Assembly (NCBI GenBank): GCA_012103325.1
Contig: WLWY01000001.1
Coordinates: 1,153,653 to 1,217,652 of the forward strand
DNA: 64,000 nucleotides
Direction: 5' to 3'
DNA from: Alphaproteobacteria bacterium
Lineage (GTDB): Bacteria > Pseudomonadota > Alphaproteobacteria > UBA8366 > GCA-2717185
The translations under genes were made by a program, and so were the position numbers. The notes under the pieces are model-generated. The model saw only the letters and a list, made by a program, of their open reading frames with translations, did no database searches and had not been told where the DNA came from. Of this stretch, positions 11,285-21,922 are shown one piece after another (the stretch's first letter is position 1; each line of letters opens with the position of its first letter).

Positions 11285-11562
11285 GAACCGTTTATAAGTT
11301 CGCGCAACTGCTTACCGGTCTTGAAGAACGGGACCGTCTTCGCGTCGACATTGACGGATTCCCCGGTTCTCGGATTACGGCCGACCCGCGAGTCGCGGGA
11401 TTTGACCGAGAACGCTCCGAAGCCCCGGAGTTCGACCCGATCGCCACGCTCAAGCGCCGCAGATATTTCTTCAAAAATCGTTGAGACGATGCGTTCCACA
11501 TCGCGCTGGTAAAGGTGTGGGTTCAATTCGGCGATGCGCGAGATCAGTTCCGACTTGGTCAT
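11281..11562 (-). CDS. ihfB: Integration host factor subunit beta
   Basis: 93 aa. HU/IHF fold: [12 protein letters not shown]...[25 protein letters not shown]. Confidence 0.9.
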   Translation of the reverse strand: MTKSELISRIAELNPHLYQRDVERIVSTIFEEISAALERGDRVELRGFGAFSVKSRDSRVGRNPRTGESVNVDAKTVPFFKTGKQLRELINGS

Positions 11563-11745
11563 CGCGACTCATTCCTTTATCGATTTGCCGGCATCTTATC
11601 GATTTGTGCCGGTCTCGGTTTCGTTCCCTGTTCTCGTAAGGCTCTTGCCAATACGATTACGGAGCGTGCCAAAGCTATGCCCGCCCGTCAAGCGACAAGC
11701 CCTGAAATCTAAAGGGTTTTCTATGATTTTTCCGCTATACCGCGA

Positions 11746-13524
11746 TCAGGATTCCGACTTTTCAGCCGCCTCGTCTTCCGCTTCGGACGCGTCGTCCGTT
11801 TCCGGCGTATCGTCCTCATCGGTATCTGTTTCCGACGCTTCTAGCTTAGATTGCAGTGCCGCGCCAAGAATATCGCCAAGCGATGCGCCGGAATCGGAGC
11901 TGCCATAATCCTTCATGGCCTGCTTCTCTTCCTCGATCTCCTTGGCCTTGATCGACAGGTTCAGCTTGCGGCCGGTCTTGTCGACCATCGTGACGCGTGC
12001 ATCGACCTTCTCTCCGACCGCGAAGCGGTCCGGACGCTGTTCGGAACGATCGCGCGACAGGTCCGCCTTGCGGATGAAGCCTGTCATCACGTCGTTCACC
12101 GTCACCTCGATGCCATTGTCGACAATCTTGGTAATGGTGCAGGTCACGATCGCGCCCTTCTTGATCGAGTCGACGCTGCCGGCGAACGGATCGTCCGTCA
12201 GCTGTTTGATGCCGAGGCTGATACGCTCTTTATCGACGTCGACTTCCAGGATCTTCGCCTTGACCATGTCGCCTTTCGTATAGGCCTGGATTGCTTCTTC
12301 ACCCTGCGACTGCCAGTCGATATCGGACATGTGGACCATGCCGTCGATATCGTTCGCCAGCCCGATAAAGATACCGAACTCGGTGATGTTCTTGACCTCG
12401 CCCTCGACAAGCGTGTCGACCGGGAACTTCTCGACGAAATCTTCCCACGGATTGGCCATCGTCTGTTTGAGACCGAGGCTGATCCGCCGCTTGTTCGGGT
12501 CGACGTCGAGGACCATCACGTCCACGGCCTGACTGGTCGACACGATCTTGCCCGGATGGACGTTCTTCTTGGTCCAGCTCATTTCCGAAACGTGCACCAG
12601 ACCTTCGACGCCGGGCTCGAGTTCCACGAACGCGCCGTAATCGGTGATATTCGTGACCCGTCCGGTAAACCGCGTGCCGATCGGATATTTCGCTTCGACG
12701 CCTTCCCATGGATCGGCTTCGAGCTGTTTCATGCCGAGGCTAATACGCTGGGTTTCCGGGTTGAAGCGGATCACCTGGACTTTCAGGGTCTGCCCGATCT
12801 GCAGCGCCTCGGTCGGGTGATTGATGCGCCGCCAAGCGATATCCGTGACGTGCAACAGGCCATCTACACCACCCAAATCGACAAACGCGCCGTAATCGGT
12901 GATATTCTTGACCACGCCCTCGAGCACCTGGCCTTCCTTCAAATTCGCGATCAGTTCGCCGCGCTGCTCCTGCCGGCTTTCCTCCAGGACGGCGCGGCGG
13001 GAAACCACGATATTGCCGCGGCTGCGGTCCATCTTGAGAATCTGGAAGGGCTGCGGCGTGCCGAGCAACGGCGCAATGTCCCGCACCGGGCGAATGTCGA
13101 CCTGGCTGCCCGGCAGAAATGCCACGGCGCCTGAAAGATCGACGGTGAACCCGCCCTTGACGCGGCCAAAAATCGTCCCGTTGACACGCTCATTGGCTTC
13201 GAATGCTTTTTCCAGCAAGCCCCAGGCTTCCTCGCGACGTGCCTTTTCGCGCGATAGCACCGCCTCGCCGTTCCGGTTTTCCATGCGTTCGAGATAGACA
13301 TCGACGATATCGCCAACCCGGATCTCTTCGCTCGCGTCGCCACCGGTGAATTCCCGAAGAGCGACCCGCCCTTCGGATTTCAGACCCGCATCGATGACGG
13401 CGAAATCGTTTTCGATGGCAATGATATTGCCCTTAACCACGGAGCCTTCGAGGCTGTCTTTATTGCCGAACGTTTCATTGAGAAGATCGGCGAAACTTTC
13501 TTTTACTGCGGCATCTGAAGCCAT
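11746..13524 (-). CDS. rpsA: 30S ribosomal protein S1
   Basis: Six S1-domain repeats. The start is placed at MASDAAVKESFADLLNE (ATG at 13524, preceded by AAGGA); the ORF track starts 10 codons upstream. Confidence 0.9.
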   Translation of the reverse strand: MASDAAVKESFADLLNETFGNKDSLEGSVVKGNIIAIENDFAVIDAGLKSEGRVALREFTGGDASEEIRVGDIVDVYLERMENRNGEAVLSREKARREEAWGLLEKAFEANERVNGTIFGRVKGGFTVDLSGAVAFLPGSQVDIRPVRDIAPLLGTPQPFQILKMDRSRGNIVVSRRAVLEESRQEQRGELIANLKEGQVLEGVVKNITDYGAFVDLGGVDGLLHVTDIAWRRINHPTEALQIGQTLKVQVIRFNPETQRISLGMKQLEADPWEGVEAKYPIGTRFTGRVTNITDYGAFVELEPGVEGLVHVSEMSWTKKNVHPGKIVSTSQAVDVMVLDVDPNKRRISLGLKQTMANPWEDFVEKFPVDTLVEGEVKNITEFGIFIGLANDIDGMVHMSDIDWQSQGEEAIQAYTKGDMVKAKILEVDVDKERISLGIKQLTDDPFAGSVDSIKKGAIVTCTITKIVDNGIEVTVNDVMTGFIRKADLSRDRSEQRPDRFAVGEKVDARVTMVDKTGRKLNLSIKAKEIEEEKQAMKDYGSSDSGASLGDILGAALQSKLEASETDTDEDDTPETDDASEAEDEAAEKSES

Positions 13525-13658
13525 AAGTACGTACGTCCTTTCGAATCTTTGCAATTTCCGGCCAACCGGTTGTATCCGGCGGTCTTTACCAATTCAGTGA
13601 AACTTTCACCGCACGCCTTCGGGCGACGCGGCGCCATAAAACTTCTTCAAAGCGTATT

Positions 13659-14294
13659 TCAACCGGTGCGTTGTTGAATGAAATCGAGTGCCGTAGCAAA
13701 CGCCTCATCCGGATCCATCGCAGTCGTGTCGATCACGATGGCGTCCGCCGCCGCTTTCAAAGGCGCCGCCGAACGGCTGCTGTCGCGGGCGTCCCGGTCC
13801 TTCAACGCCTGCAGCACGCGCGGATATATACTCGGCTCACCCTTGTCAAGCAACTCTTTATGGCGCCGCCGGGCCCGTTCTTCCACATCTGCGGTAACGA
13901 AAAGCTTAACGTCAGCATCGGGGCAAACCACCGTTCCGATGTCTCGACCGTCGAGAACAGCGCCTTTAGCACCCTTCGGTGGTGACGCAGCAAATCTTTT
14001 CTGAAAATCCAGCAACGCCGCCCGGACAGGCTCGAGAGCGGCGACCTTGGACGCCGCGACGGCGGCGACGTCCCCCGTCAATTCGGGGCTGTCCAACGTG
14101 GAGGGATCAAGTGCTTGTGCCGCTTGCAACGCTGCATCCACATCTTGGGGGTCTCCGCCGTCCGTGAGAACGCGATACCCGACCGCACGATAGATCTTCC
14201 CGGTATCGAGATAGGCATATTGGAAATGCACCGCAATACGGCGCGCCAAGGTGCCCTTGCCCGACGCGGCGGGGCCGTCGACCGCGATAATCAC
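13659..14294 (-). CDS. cmk: Cytidylate kinase
   Basis: P-loop [21 protein letters not shown]. The likely start is the GTG at 14294, which overlaps the aroA stop (GTGA); the upstream ORF extension has no in-frame ATG before the P-loop. Confidence 0.8.
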   Translation of the reverse strand: MIIAVDGPAASGKGTLARRIAVHFQYAYLDTGKIYRAVGYRVLTDGGDPQDVDAALQAAQALDPSTLDSPELTGDVAAVAASKVAALEPVRAALLDFQKRFAASPPKGAKGAVLDGRDIGTVVCPDADVKLFVTADVEERARRRHKELLDKGEPSIYPRVLQALKDRDARDSSRSAAPLKAAADAIVIDTTAMDPDEAFATALDFIQQRTG

Positions 14295-15628
14295 GGCGCG
14301 GCCTTCCCGGGCCCAATATTGGCGCCCAACCCGTTCATCATATCGACGAAACCCGGAAAACTTGTGTCTATAGGCCCGGCATCGTCGACGGCGACCGGTT
14401 TTCCGCACGCGCCGCCAAACACCAGGAAGCTCATCGCAATACGGTGATCGAGCGCCGTCGCGACGGCACCACCGCCCGGCGCCGGTCCGCCGCAGCCGTG
14501 AACGACGAGACTGTCTTCACTCTCTTCCACAGCCACCCCGCAATCGGCCAGCCCTTTGGCGACCGCGGCCAAACGGTCGCTTTCCTTGACCCGGAGCTCG
14601 CCGATACCGCGCATGACCGTGTCGCCATGGGCAACCGCCGCCGCCACGGCCAACACTGGATATTCGTCGATCATCCTCGGCGCCCGCTCCGCGGGCACGT
14701 CGACGCCGCGCAACGCCCCGGCCCGCACACACAAATCGGCAACGGGCTCGCCGGCTTGCAGGCGCTCGTTCAACCGGGTGATGTCGGCGCCCATTTCCAC
14801 CAAAGTCTCGAACAGACCTGCACGGCGCGGATTCATGCCAACACCTGCGAGCGTGATATCCGATCCGGGCGCAATAATCGCTGCGACGGCGGGAAACGCA
14901 GCGGAGCTGGGATCGCCCGGTACGACGACGGATTGCCCGGTCAGTTCGGGCTGCCCGACGAGCCGGATATGAGCGTCGCCGTCCGCATCCCGGCTGACGT
15001 CTATATCGGCGCCAAAATGCCGCAACATCAATTCCGTATGGTCGCGAGTCGGCTCCGGTTCTATGACCGTCGTATGGCCTGGCGCGTTGAGTCCCGCGAG
15101 CAAGACGGCCGATTTGACCTGCGCCGATGCAACCGGCAACCGATAGCTTATCGCGATCGGGTCCGCAGCACCGATGATCGCGAGCGGCAATCGTCCGCCG
15201 CTGCGCGAAACGATGCGGGCGCCACATTCGGCAAGCGGATTTGCGACACGGTTCATCGGCCTGCTGCACAAGGACTCGTCGCCGGTCATGAAAACCGTAA
15301 TCGGATGTCCCGCCAAAACGCCCAGCAACAAGCGCGCGCCCGTGCCGGAATTGCCATAATCGATGACCGAGTCCGGTTCGCGCAATCCGCCAATGCCCAC
15401 ACCCTGGACACGCCAGGTTCCAGCATCATCGCGTTCTGCCGTGGCACCCAGCTTGCGAATAGCGGCAACCGTGTTGAGAACATCCTCGCCCTCCAGCAGC
15501 CCGTCGATGACCGTCTCGCCAACGGCAAGCGCGCCCAGCAACAGCGCGCGATGGGAGATCGATTTGTCGCCTGGCGGCGTTACGGCACCAACGAGCGGCC
15601 CCGCGCTGGCGGAATACAGGGAAGTCAA
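14291..15628 (-). CDS. aroA: 3-phosphoshikimate 1-carboxyvinyltransferase (EPSP synthase)
   Basis: EPSP synthase motif [18 protein letters not shown]. The start is uncertain: a TTG at 15628 with a GAGG Shine-Dalgarno gives a 446-aa product, while alternative ATGs at 15718 and 15769 give longer N-terminal extensions. Confidence 0.8.
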   Translation of the reverse strand: MTSLYSASAGPLVGAVTPPGDKSISHRALLLGALAVGETVIDGLLEGEDVLNTVAAIRKLGATAERDDAGTWRVQGVGIGGLREPDSVIDYGNSGTGARLLLGVLAGHPITVFMTGDESLCSRPMNRVANPLAECGARIVSRSGGRLPLAIIGAADPIAISYRLPVASAQVKSAVLLAGLNAPGHTTVIEPEPTRDHTELMLRHFGADIDVSRDADGDAHIRLVGQPELTGQSVVVPGDPSSAAFPAVAAIIAPGSDITLAGVGMNPRRAGLFETLVEMGADITRLNERLQAGEPVADLCVRAGALRGVDVPAERAPRMIDEYPVLAVAAAVAHGDTVMRGIGELRVKESDRLAAVAKGLADCGVAVEESEDSLVVHGCGGPAPGGGAVATALDHRIAMSFLVFGGACGKPVAVDDAGPIDTSFPGFVDMMNGLGANIGPGKAAP

Positions 15629-15809
15629 GCGGTTCGCCTCGTCAACAAGGGTTTTTGGTATGATTTCGCCCTCTCTTACACGAAACAGCCGGTCGGTGGT
15701 AGAGGCTGCACAGCGCATAAATCCCGGACAGTGCATTTTGCTTTTGACAGGCGCCAGCGAACGTGGCAATTCGGCGCAAATTTGTCGGAGACTTTAAAGG
15801 AGCGAGCCT

Positions 15810-16142
15810 TTGGCGAAACCCGAATGGGGCAACAAGCGCACCTGCACCAGTTGCGCAGCCAAATATTACGACTTTCAACGCGACCCGATCGTCTGCCCAA
15901 AATGCGGTGAGAAATTTGTCGCGGCGACAACGAGACCAAAACGGAACCGCAGCGCCCGACCGGAACCCGTGGCTGAAAAACCTGCTGTGGCCGCGAAAGA
16001 CGCAGATCCAATCGCTGCGGAAGACGAGGATGTCGATGACGACGATGTCGATGACGATGTGATCCTCGACGACTCGGACGACCTAGACGACGATTTGATC
16101 AGCGTCGACGCCGGCGACGACTCGGACGAGAAGGAAGCCTGA
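15810..16142 (+). CDS. TIGR02300 (FYDLN_acid) family zinc-ribbon protein
   Basis: N-terminus MAKPEWGNKRTCTSCAAKYYDFQRDPIVCPKCGEKF with an extremely acidic C-terminal tail (DDDVDDDVILDDSDDLDDD). Confidence 0.75.
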   Translation: MAKPEWGNKRTCTSCAAKYYDFQRDPIVCPKCGEKFVAATTRPKRNRSARPEPVAEKPAVAAKDADPIAAEDEDVDDDDVDDDVILDDSDDLDDDLISVDAGDDSDEKEA

Positions 16143-16185
16143 CCGGATCGTCGGAGTATCCGCCGCGGATGACAGGAGAAATTTC

Positions 16186-16213
16186 TTGCACCGCCGCGGT
16201 CGGTCTTTATAAG
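16186..16213 (+). promoter_or_regulatory. Sigma70-like promoter upstream of tRNA-Ala
   Basis: TTGCAC, a 16-nt spacer, then TATAAG, about 30 bp before the first base of the tRNA. Confidence 0.5.
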
Positions 16214-16242
16214 AGGCCCGTCCCGGGCGGGACAAATCCCAT

Positions 16243-16318
<76 letters not shown>

Positions 16319-16341
16319 ATAAAAACAAAGACTTAACTAAT

Positions 16342-16365
16342 AGCCCTTCGGGGCTGTTTTTTATT
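16342..16365 (+). terminator. Rho-independent terminator after tRNA-Ala
   Basis: AGCCC-TTCG-GGGCT hairpin followed by GTTTTTTATT. Confidence 0.75.
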
Positions 16366-16888
16366 AAGTCACCACAGAAGGCCGAAAACAGGCCCATTCC
16401 GCATCGATTTTCCTCCAGATCGAAAGGGCCAGCCACCCCCTCGGGGTCGCGGGAGCCTGTACTAATGCTAGTCTAACATCCAGCCCACTTGAAACCTGGA
16501 TACCATTCATACGCGCGTCCGTTACACTACCAAGGATGAACGACGACACCCCACCCGAGGAAGAGCCGCGCGTGCCGGCCAAGCCTGTCGGCATAAAATT
16601 CGTGCTGGCCTGCATAATTCTGGTCGTCTATGTCGGCTATCTTGTCTATGTCGGATTCAGCGACCCGCGCTAACGTAGAACTATCGATCGCTAGCTATCC
16701 TCGTCACGCTCGCCCGTCCCTCCCTGCGCGTGCGCGACGGCGTAACGAAAAGTCCGGTAACAAGCACCAGCCCCTACCAAAATATCCGCCGGCCTGGTTC
16801 ACCGGGCGCTCACCACCGTAATACACGTAGCGCTATTACACCGGGTCCCCTTAATTCCCTTTTATCCGGAATCCCTCCCCTTAATTCT

Positions 16889-16918
16889 CATACGAAAACG
16901 GCCGCGCAATGGCGGCCG
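16889..16918 (-). terminator. Rho-independent terminator of the PEP-CTERM gene
   Basis: On the minus sense strand, CGGCCGC-CATTGC-GCGGCCG is followed by a short U-run (GTTTTCGT); this is the weakest of the terminator calls. Confidence 0.55.
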
Positions 16919-16941
16919 TTCGCGTCGGGTTTAAATGTCGT

Positions 16942-17571
16942 CTAGGCGTCCTTTCGACGGCGGCGTGTCAGGGCTAAGCCACTTAAACCAATTCCGAAGA
17001 GTACAAGCGTGCCGGGTTCTGGAACCGCGCGGCCATTTGAAGCCTCGATAGTCGCCGTGGACTGGTTGGTGTCGATCGTACTAAAAACACTAGACCCTAA
17101 GTCGCCATTCTCGAATTGAACCGAAAACACGGCGCCAGCCTGACCGACAACGCCTCCAGGCGCGGGGTCGCTGATCAGGAAATCCGTATCAGCGGAGAAA
17201 CGCATCGAATCGCCGACGCCGAACGAGCCTGCCGCGAAGTTGAAAGTGAGCACTTGTGGATGATCTGTATCCCCTCCTACGAAGATGCTCGTAATGAAAC
17301 CTATATCGCCCGCAATCAATCCGTTCAGTGCGCCAATTACTGGAGCATTCGGAGAGCCATCAAAATCGAAAAAGGCGTTTGCATCGTTCGTAATATCGAA
17401 AGTAGCCGACTGAATGAAGCCTGTACCGCTTGTGAAAGAAATGCCCCAAAAATCGTTGCCAGCGTCAGCACTGTCGGTTCCGGTAGCATCGGCGATAACC
17501 GTTGCGTTAGCATTATTCGCAAACACAAAGAAGCAGCAAGCTGCCAACGTAAACATAATTCGCTTGTACAT
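16942..17571 (-). CDS. PEP-CTERM sorting-domain protein (predicted exosortase substrate)
   Basis: Signal peptide MYKRIMFTLAACCFFVFANNANA. C-terminal VPEPGTLVLFGIGLSGLALTRRRRKDA gives a PEP motif, a transmembrane helix and an Arg-rich tail. The gene is low-GC. The start is taken at the internal Met; the ORF track extends to 17637. Confidence 0.75.
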   Translation of the reverse strand: MYKRIMFTLAACCFFVFANNANATVIADATGTDSADAGNDFWGISFTSGTGFIQSATFDITNDANAFFDFDGSPNAPVIGALNGLIAGDIGFITSIFVGGDTDHPQVLTFNFAAGSFGVGDSMRFSADTDFLISDPAPGGVVGQAGAVFSVQFENGDLGSSVFSTIDTNQSTATIEASNGRAVPEPGTLVLFGIGLSGLALTRRRRKDA

Positions 17572-18372
17572 ATGCTTCCTCTCCTGTCGGAATGCTTTAC
17601 AATATGTGCCTGAATTGGGCATCTCAGAGGTATTCATGCAAATCCCGGGCCATAGCTATAAATTTAATTAAGTTATTGATTTTCATACAAACATGGGATT
17701 TCCTGTCTCAAAATTCCTGAAGATTGGGGTAAAACCGTCGGAATTCTTTACGTTTTTGAGTTGGCTTGTTACCTGGGATATCGCATATCGTGGTGGAAGT
17801 GGAGTCAGGGATGTTCTGAGGCACTGACCGTTCCTCGCTGAGGCTGTCCCGGCGTTGTTAGTTGACGCCCGCTCTTCCCCCGATTCTGTTGCAGAACTCG
17901 GTAGCTCAGCCAAAAAGGGGCCTAACGCGAAACAATGATTCAAAGTCAACGGCAGTCTTGAATCAAACTTACGTATCATTGTCGTTTGGGGACCGATAAT
18001 TTCGGGCAAGTCCTATGAACAGATTTTTGCAACAGAATCCCCCCAGCATGCGAAATCCCGATATCTACGGGGACAAAGAGGCCGTTACCACTCTTCGGTT
18101 CAGGTGGTCGCGCGCTATTGCCCCACACATATCCAACGATTTTCAAATCCCGGATAGCGAATATCCGCTACACTGTCGAGCATGCGGGATAATCCTGATC
18201 AGATCGCAGATAGCCTAATAGAGCAACACGGTGTTGAAGGCGCCTTGGTGGCGGCGAGAGACGGGATAGCGACGGCGCATGCGAGCGAGGACAATTACAG
18301 ACTAAGTGTCTGGCGTGAAGTGACTCGCGCGTTAAGAGACAAGCGGGACGCTCTTCAGGAACCGTCGGAATC

Positions 18373-18429
18373 CTAGTGTCCTGATCGTGAAATTCAAAGG
18401 ATTGAATTTCGCGTGAATCATCACACTAG
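18373..18429. repeat. CTAGTG-bounded palindromic intergenic element, copy A (type 1)
   Basis: CTAGTGTCCTGATCGTGAAATTCAAAGGATTGAATTTCGCGTGAATCATCACACTAG; the internal hairpin is GAAATTCAA / TTGAATTTC. Related copies occur at 43694, 50575 and 59521. Confidence 0.7.
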
Positions 18430-18567
18430 TCACGTCCGCCTTATGCGAGATTAAGTCTGCTTTTTCTTGATCCCGGGAATGGTGGCCAATTTGCGAATTG
18501 GTGGCAGTTTCCGCGACTGCTAAAAGAAATCAAAGAACACGAATAATCCCAGGCACGGAGATTTTCG

Positions 18568-20214
18568 ATGACCGCACCAACGACCATATATTCGGCACGG
18601 CGGATTCTGACCATGAATCCGTCCAATCCCGAAGCCACCCATGTAGCCGTGCGGAGGGATCGCATCCTCGGCGCAGGCTCGCTGGAAGAGCTCGTCGGAT
18701 GGGGCGATTATACGTTGGATGACCGGTTTACGGACAAGGTGCTGATGCCCGGCCTCGTGGAAGGTCACAGCCATGCGACGGAAGGCTCGTTCTGGCGTTA
18801 TGTGTATTGCGGTTATTTCGACCGAACCGATCCCAGCGGCAAGACCTGGCCCGGCCTGCGCTCCGTCGACGCGGTTGTGGAACGCTTGCAGGAGAAGAAT
18901 GCCGAACTCGGAGAGGGGGAAGACCCGATTAGCGCATGGGGGCTCGATCCGATCTATTTCGGCGATGTCCTCGTCTCACGCGCTGATCTCGACCGCGTTT
19001 CGACAACCAAGCCGATAGGGATTCGCCAAGCGAGCGGCCATATCATGAGTGTCAATACCAAGGCCCTGGAACTGAGCGGCCTGTTGCGCACCGGTATCGA
19101 CCATCCGGGCGTACCGCTCGACACGGAAGGATTGCCAACCGGTGAAATGAAGGGGCCCGATGCGATGGAATTGGTTGCGGCCCATGTCGGCCTCGACCGC
19201 AAGGTTATGTCGGCGGATGAATGGGGATTCAGGCAATTTGGCCGACTTTGTGTCCGCCAAGGTGTCACGACGGCGGCCGACCTGGCCAATCCGCTGCCGA
19301 CGGACGCCGTCGAAATGATGCTGCGCGTCACCGGCGAAGCGGATTTCCCCGTGCGGATCATACCGTTGCGCAGATTTCAGGGCGTTACGCCGCGTGAACT
19401 TATCGAGCGATCGCGGGAACTCCGGGAGATGAGTACGGATATGCTGCGCTTAGGGCGTGTGAAGATTCACGCCGACGGGTCGATCCAAGGCTTTACGGCC
19501 CGCATCCGGTGGCCCGGCTATTACAATGGCGCGCCGAACGGACTTTGGTATGCAACGCCGGAACAGTTGCAGGAGATCTACGAGCTCGCATTGGAGCACG
19601 ATCTTCTGGTCCATACCCATACCAATGGCGACGAAGCCACGGAACTGATGCTCGATATGTTTGAGCGCGCTCTGCATAAGGTGCCGCGACCCGATCATCG
19701 CTTCACGCTCCAGCATTGCCAACTGGCGGATACGGCGCAGTTCCGTCGGATGAAGAAGCTCGGCGTTTGCGTCAATCTATTCTCCAACCACACCTATTAT
19801 TGGGGCGAGCAGCATTATGCGAAGACGGTTGGACCGGAACGGGCGCAACGCATGAATGCCTGCGCCACCGCGCTTCGGGAAGGGGTGCCCTTGGCGATTC
19901 ATTCCGATGCGCCGGTGACACCTTTGGGGCCGTTCTTCACCGCCTGGTGCGCGGTCAACAGGCTCACACCAAGTGGCCGCGTCCTCGGAGATGAGGAAAA
20001 GATCAGCGTTGCCGATGCGCTCCGCACGATCACCATTGGCGCGGCTTATACGATGAAGCTGGACCATGAGATCGGATCCATCGAGACCGGCAAACGCGCC
20101 GATTTCGCGGTGCTGGAAGACGACCCCACTGCGATCGAAGAGGCAGAACTAAAAGATGTCCGCATTTGGGGCGTTGTCCAGGGCGGCCGGGTCTTCTCGG
20201 CTGCTGATATTTAA
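18568..20214 (+). CDS. Amidohydrolase-3 family metal-dependent hydrolase
   Basis: 548 aa. HxH metal motif (PGLVEGHSHATEG), a distal HTHTNGD motif and a C-terminal Asp, all consistent with a TIM-barrel amidohydrolase. Confidence 0.8.
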   Translation: MTAPTTIYSARRILTMNPSNPEATHVAVRRDRILGAGSLEELVGWGDYTLDDRFTDKVLMPGLVEGHSHATEGSFWRYVYCGYFDRTDPSGKTWPGLRSVDAVVERLQEKNAELGEGEDPISAWGLDPIYFGDVLVSRADLDRVSTTKPIGIRQASGHIMSVNTKALELSGLLRTGIDHPGVPLDTEGLPTGEMKGPDAMELVAAHVGLDRKVMSADEWGFRQFGRLCVRQGVTTAADLANPLPTDAVEMMLRVTGEADFPVRIIPLRRFQGVTPRELIERSRELREMSTDMLRLGRVKIHADGSIQGFTARIRWPGYYNGAPNGLWYATPEQLQEIYELALEHDLLVHTHTNGDEATELMLDMFERALHKVPRPDHRFTLQHCQLADTAQFRRMKKLGVCVNLFSNHTYYWGEQHYAKTVGPERAQRMNACATALREGVPLAIHSDAPVTPLGPFFTAWCAVNRLTPSGRVLGDEEKISVADALRTITIGAAYTMKLDHEIGSIETGKRADFAVLEDDPTAIEEAELKDVRIWGVVQGGRVFSAADI

Positions 20215-20216
20215 GT

Positions 20217-21137
20217 ATGACAGCACAAACACTGCCAGTTACCGTGATCGGCGGCTATCTGGGGGCCGGCAAAACAACCTTGATCAACCATTTGCTGCGG
20301 CATGCCGACGGGCTGCGATTGGCGGTACTGGTAAACGATTTCGGTGAATTGCCGATTGATGCAGATTTAATCGAGAGCCGGAATGACAATGTCATCAGCA
20401 TCACCGGCGGCTGTATGTGCTGCGCTTATGGTAGCGATCTGATGGCAGCGCTCGCTGATCTCGACAGACTTGAGATGCCGCCGGACCATCTGTTGATCGA
20501 AGCCAGCGGTGTTGGACTGCCAGATGCCATCGCGCAGTCGGTGCGGCTAATCCCGCGCTACGCGATTGACGGGATTGCCGTATTGGCCGATGCGGAAACT
20601 GTCCATAAGCTGGGCAAGGACCAATATCTTCAGGACACGATTGAGCGTCAGCTCGATGCAGCCGACGTCATCATCCTGAACAAGGTCGACCTCGCAAGCG
20701 ATGAAGGGCTCGAAAAGACCCGACGATGGCTTTCCGGCAGAGCGCCCGATAGCCGTATCATTGAAGCGGTAAGCGCAAATATTCCGCTTTCCGTATTGCT
20801 GGGAAGCGGCATGGAACATGTGTTCGATGAGGGCCAAGGCGAAGGTCATAATCATGATCACGCCACCCATGAAGCCGCCGTTTTTACGCTGGACCGGCCG
20901 GTTGAACCTGAAATGTTGGCGAAACGATTGGCGGCAAGAGAGGTGGGTTTGGTTCGAACGAAAGGCTTCGTTCAGGCGCCGGATGGTGGTTTTTATACGC
21001 TGCAAACCGTCGGTCGGCGCTGGTCTGTGTCAGAGGCGCCATCTTCGAGTGCGCTCCAAGGCCGCATCGTTTGCATAACCCACAGGCCGCCAATAGATGC
21101 TGAGAAAATTACCCTGATCATCAACTCGGAATGCTAA
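20217..21137 (+). CDS. COG0523 (CobW/ZigA-like) GTPase metallochaperone
   Basis: P-loop GGYLGAGKTTLINHLL and a GCMCC metal-binding motif (ITGGCMCCAYG). The start is 2 nt after the amidohydrolase stop. Confidence 0.8.
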   Translation: MTAQTLPVTVIGGYLGAGKTTLINHLLRHADGLRLAVLVNDFGELPIDADLIESRNDNVISITGGCMCCAYGSDLMAALADLDRLEMPPDHLLIEASGVGLPDAIAQSVRLIPRYAIDGIAVLADAETVHKLGKDQYLQDTIERQLDAADVIILNKVDLASDEGLEKTRRWLSGRAPDSRIIEAVSANIPLSVLLGSGMEHVFDEGQGEGHNHDHATHEAAVFTLDRPVEPEMLAKRLAAREVGLVRTKGFVQAPDGGFYTLQTVGRRWSVSEAPSSSALQGRIVCITHRPPIDAEKITLIINSEC

Positions 21138-21154
21138 AGCCGAGTCGTACCGTC

Positions 21155-21922
21155 CTAGTGCTCGCCAAGAAACACATCGTTGCGGCCGCACCGGTCCACA
21201 CCGCGGACGAGATGCAACTGGCGCTGCGAAATATCGACGACACCTAACTCAGCCACCTGCCGCGCGCCCAATTCCCGGTCGAAATACGATGTCGACGGCA
21301 TGTAGCGGAAGGTCAGCCCGCCGCGGCGGCGGCCGGAATTGTTCGCCTCCGCGCCGTGCACCAGATAGGCATCGTGGACGGAGAACATGCCGGGTTGCAG
21401 GATGACGTCCCGCGGCGCGGCGCCGAGCGACTCCGCGTTCGGCAAGACCTGATTCAGGATCAGTGCGTCGCTGTTGTCCACCGCATGCGGAAAGGTCTTG
21501 CGCTCCCGATGCGAGCCCGGGATCACCCGCAGACATCCGTTTTCCGGTGTCGACGGGTCGAACGCGATCCACACTGTACACGTCTCTAGCGGGCGGATTG
21601 GCCAGTACTGACCGTCCTGATGCCACGGTGTCGCCCTGCCGCCCGTGCCGCTTTTGCAGAACAGCGCCGAGCCCCAAAGAATAATGTCGTCGCCGAGCAC
21701 TTGCGCGACGACGTCGAGGATCTCGGGCAAGGTCGCGAATTCCAGCCAGCTGGCATCCTGCTCGATCAAATTGGGAATGTAGTCCGGCGAAACGCCGGGA
21801 CAGGCTGCCAGGAACGATTCCACCCTATCACTAAGCCGTGCGAGCGTGGCTTCGGACAGCTGGCCGCCATAGGTAATCTGGCCATCGCGGGTGTATTCCT
21901 GAACTTCCTGTGCGCTCAACAT
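21155..21922 (-). CDS. Phytanoyl-CoA dioxygenase (PhyH) family Fe(II)/2-oxoglutarate oxygenase
   Basis: 255 aa. PhyH motif region GGRATPWHQDGQYWPIRP plus a distal His (VHDAYLVHGAEAN). Confidence 0.75.
   Translation of the reverse strand: MLSAQEVQEYTRDGQITYGGQLSEATLARLSDRVESFLAACPGVSPDYIPNLIEQDASWLEFATLPEILDVVAQVLGDDIILWGSALFCKSGTGGRATPWHQDGQYWPIRPLETCTVWIAFDPSTPENGCLRVIPGSHRERKTFPHAVDNSDALILNQVLPNAESLGAAPRDVILQPGMFSVHDAYLVHGAEANNSGRRRGGLTFRYMPSTSYFDRELGARQVAELGVVDISQRQLHLVRGVDRCGRNDVFLGEH

Noticed and set aside
11851-13134. 427-aa plus-strand ORF
   Set aside because: It is antisense to rpsA (S1-domain repeats on the minus strand).
14444-15910. 488-aa plus-strand ORF
   Set aside because: It is antisense to aroA and overlaps the TIGR02300 gene in another frame.
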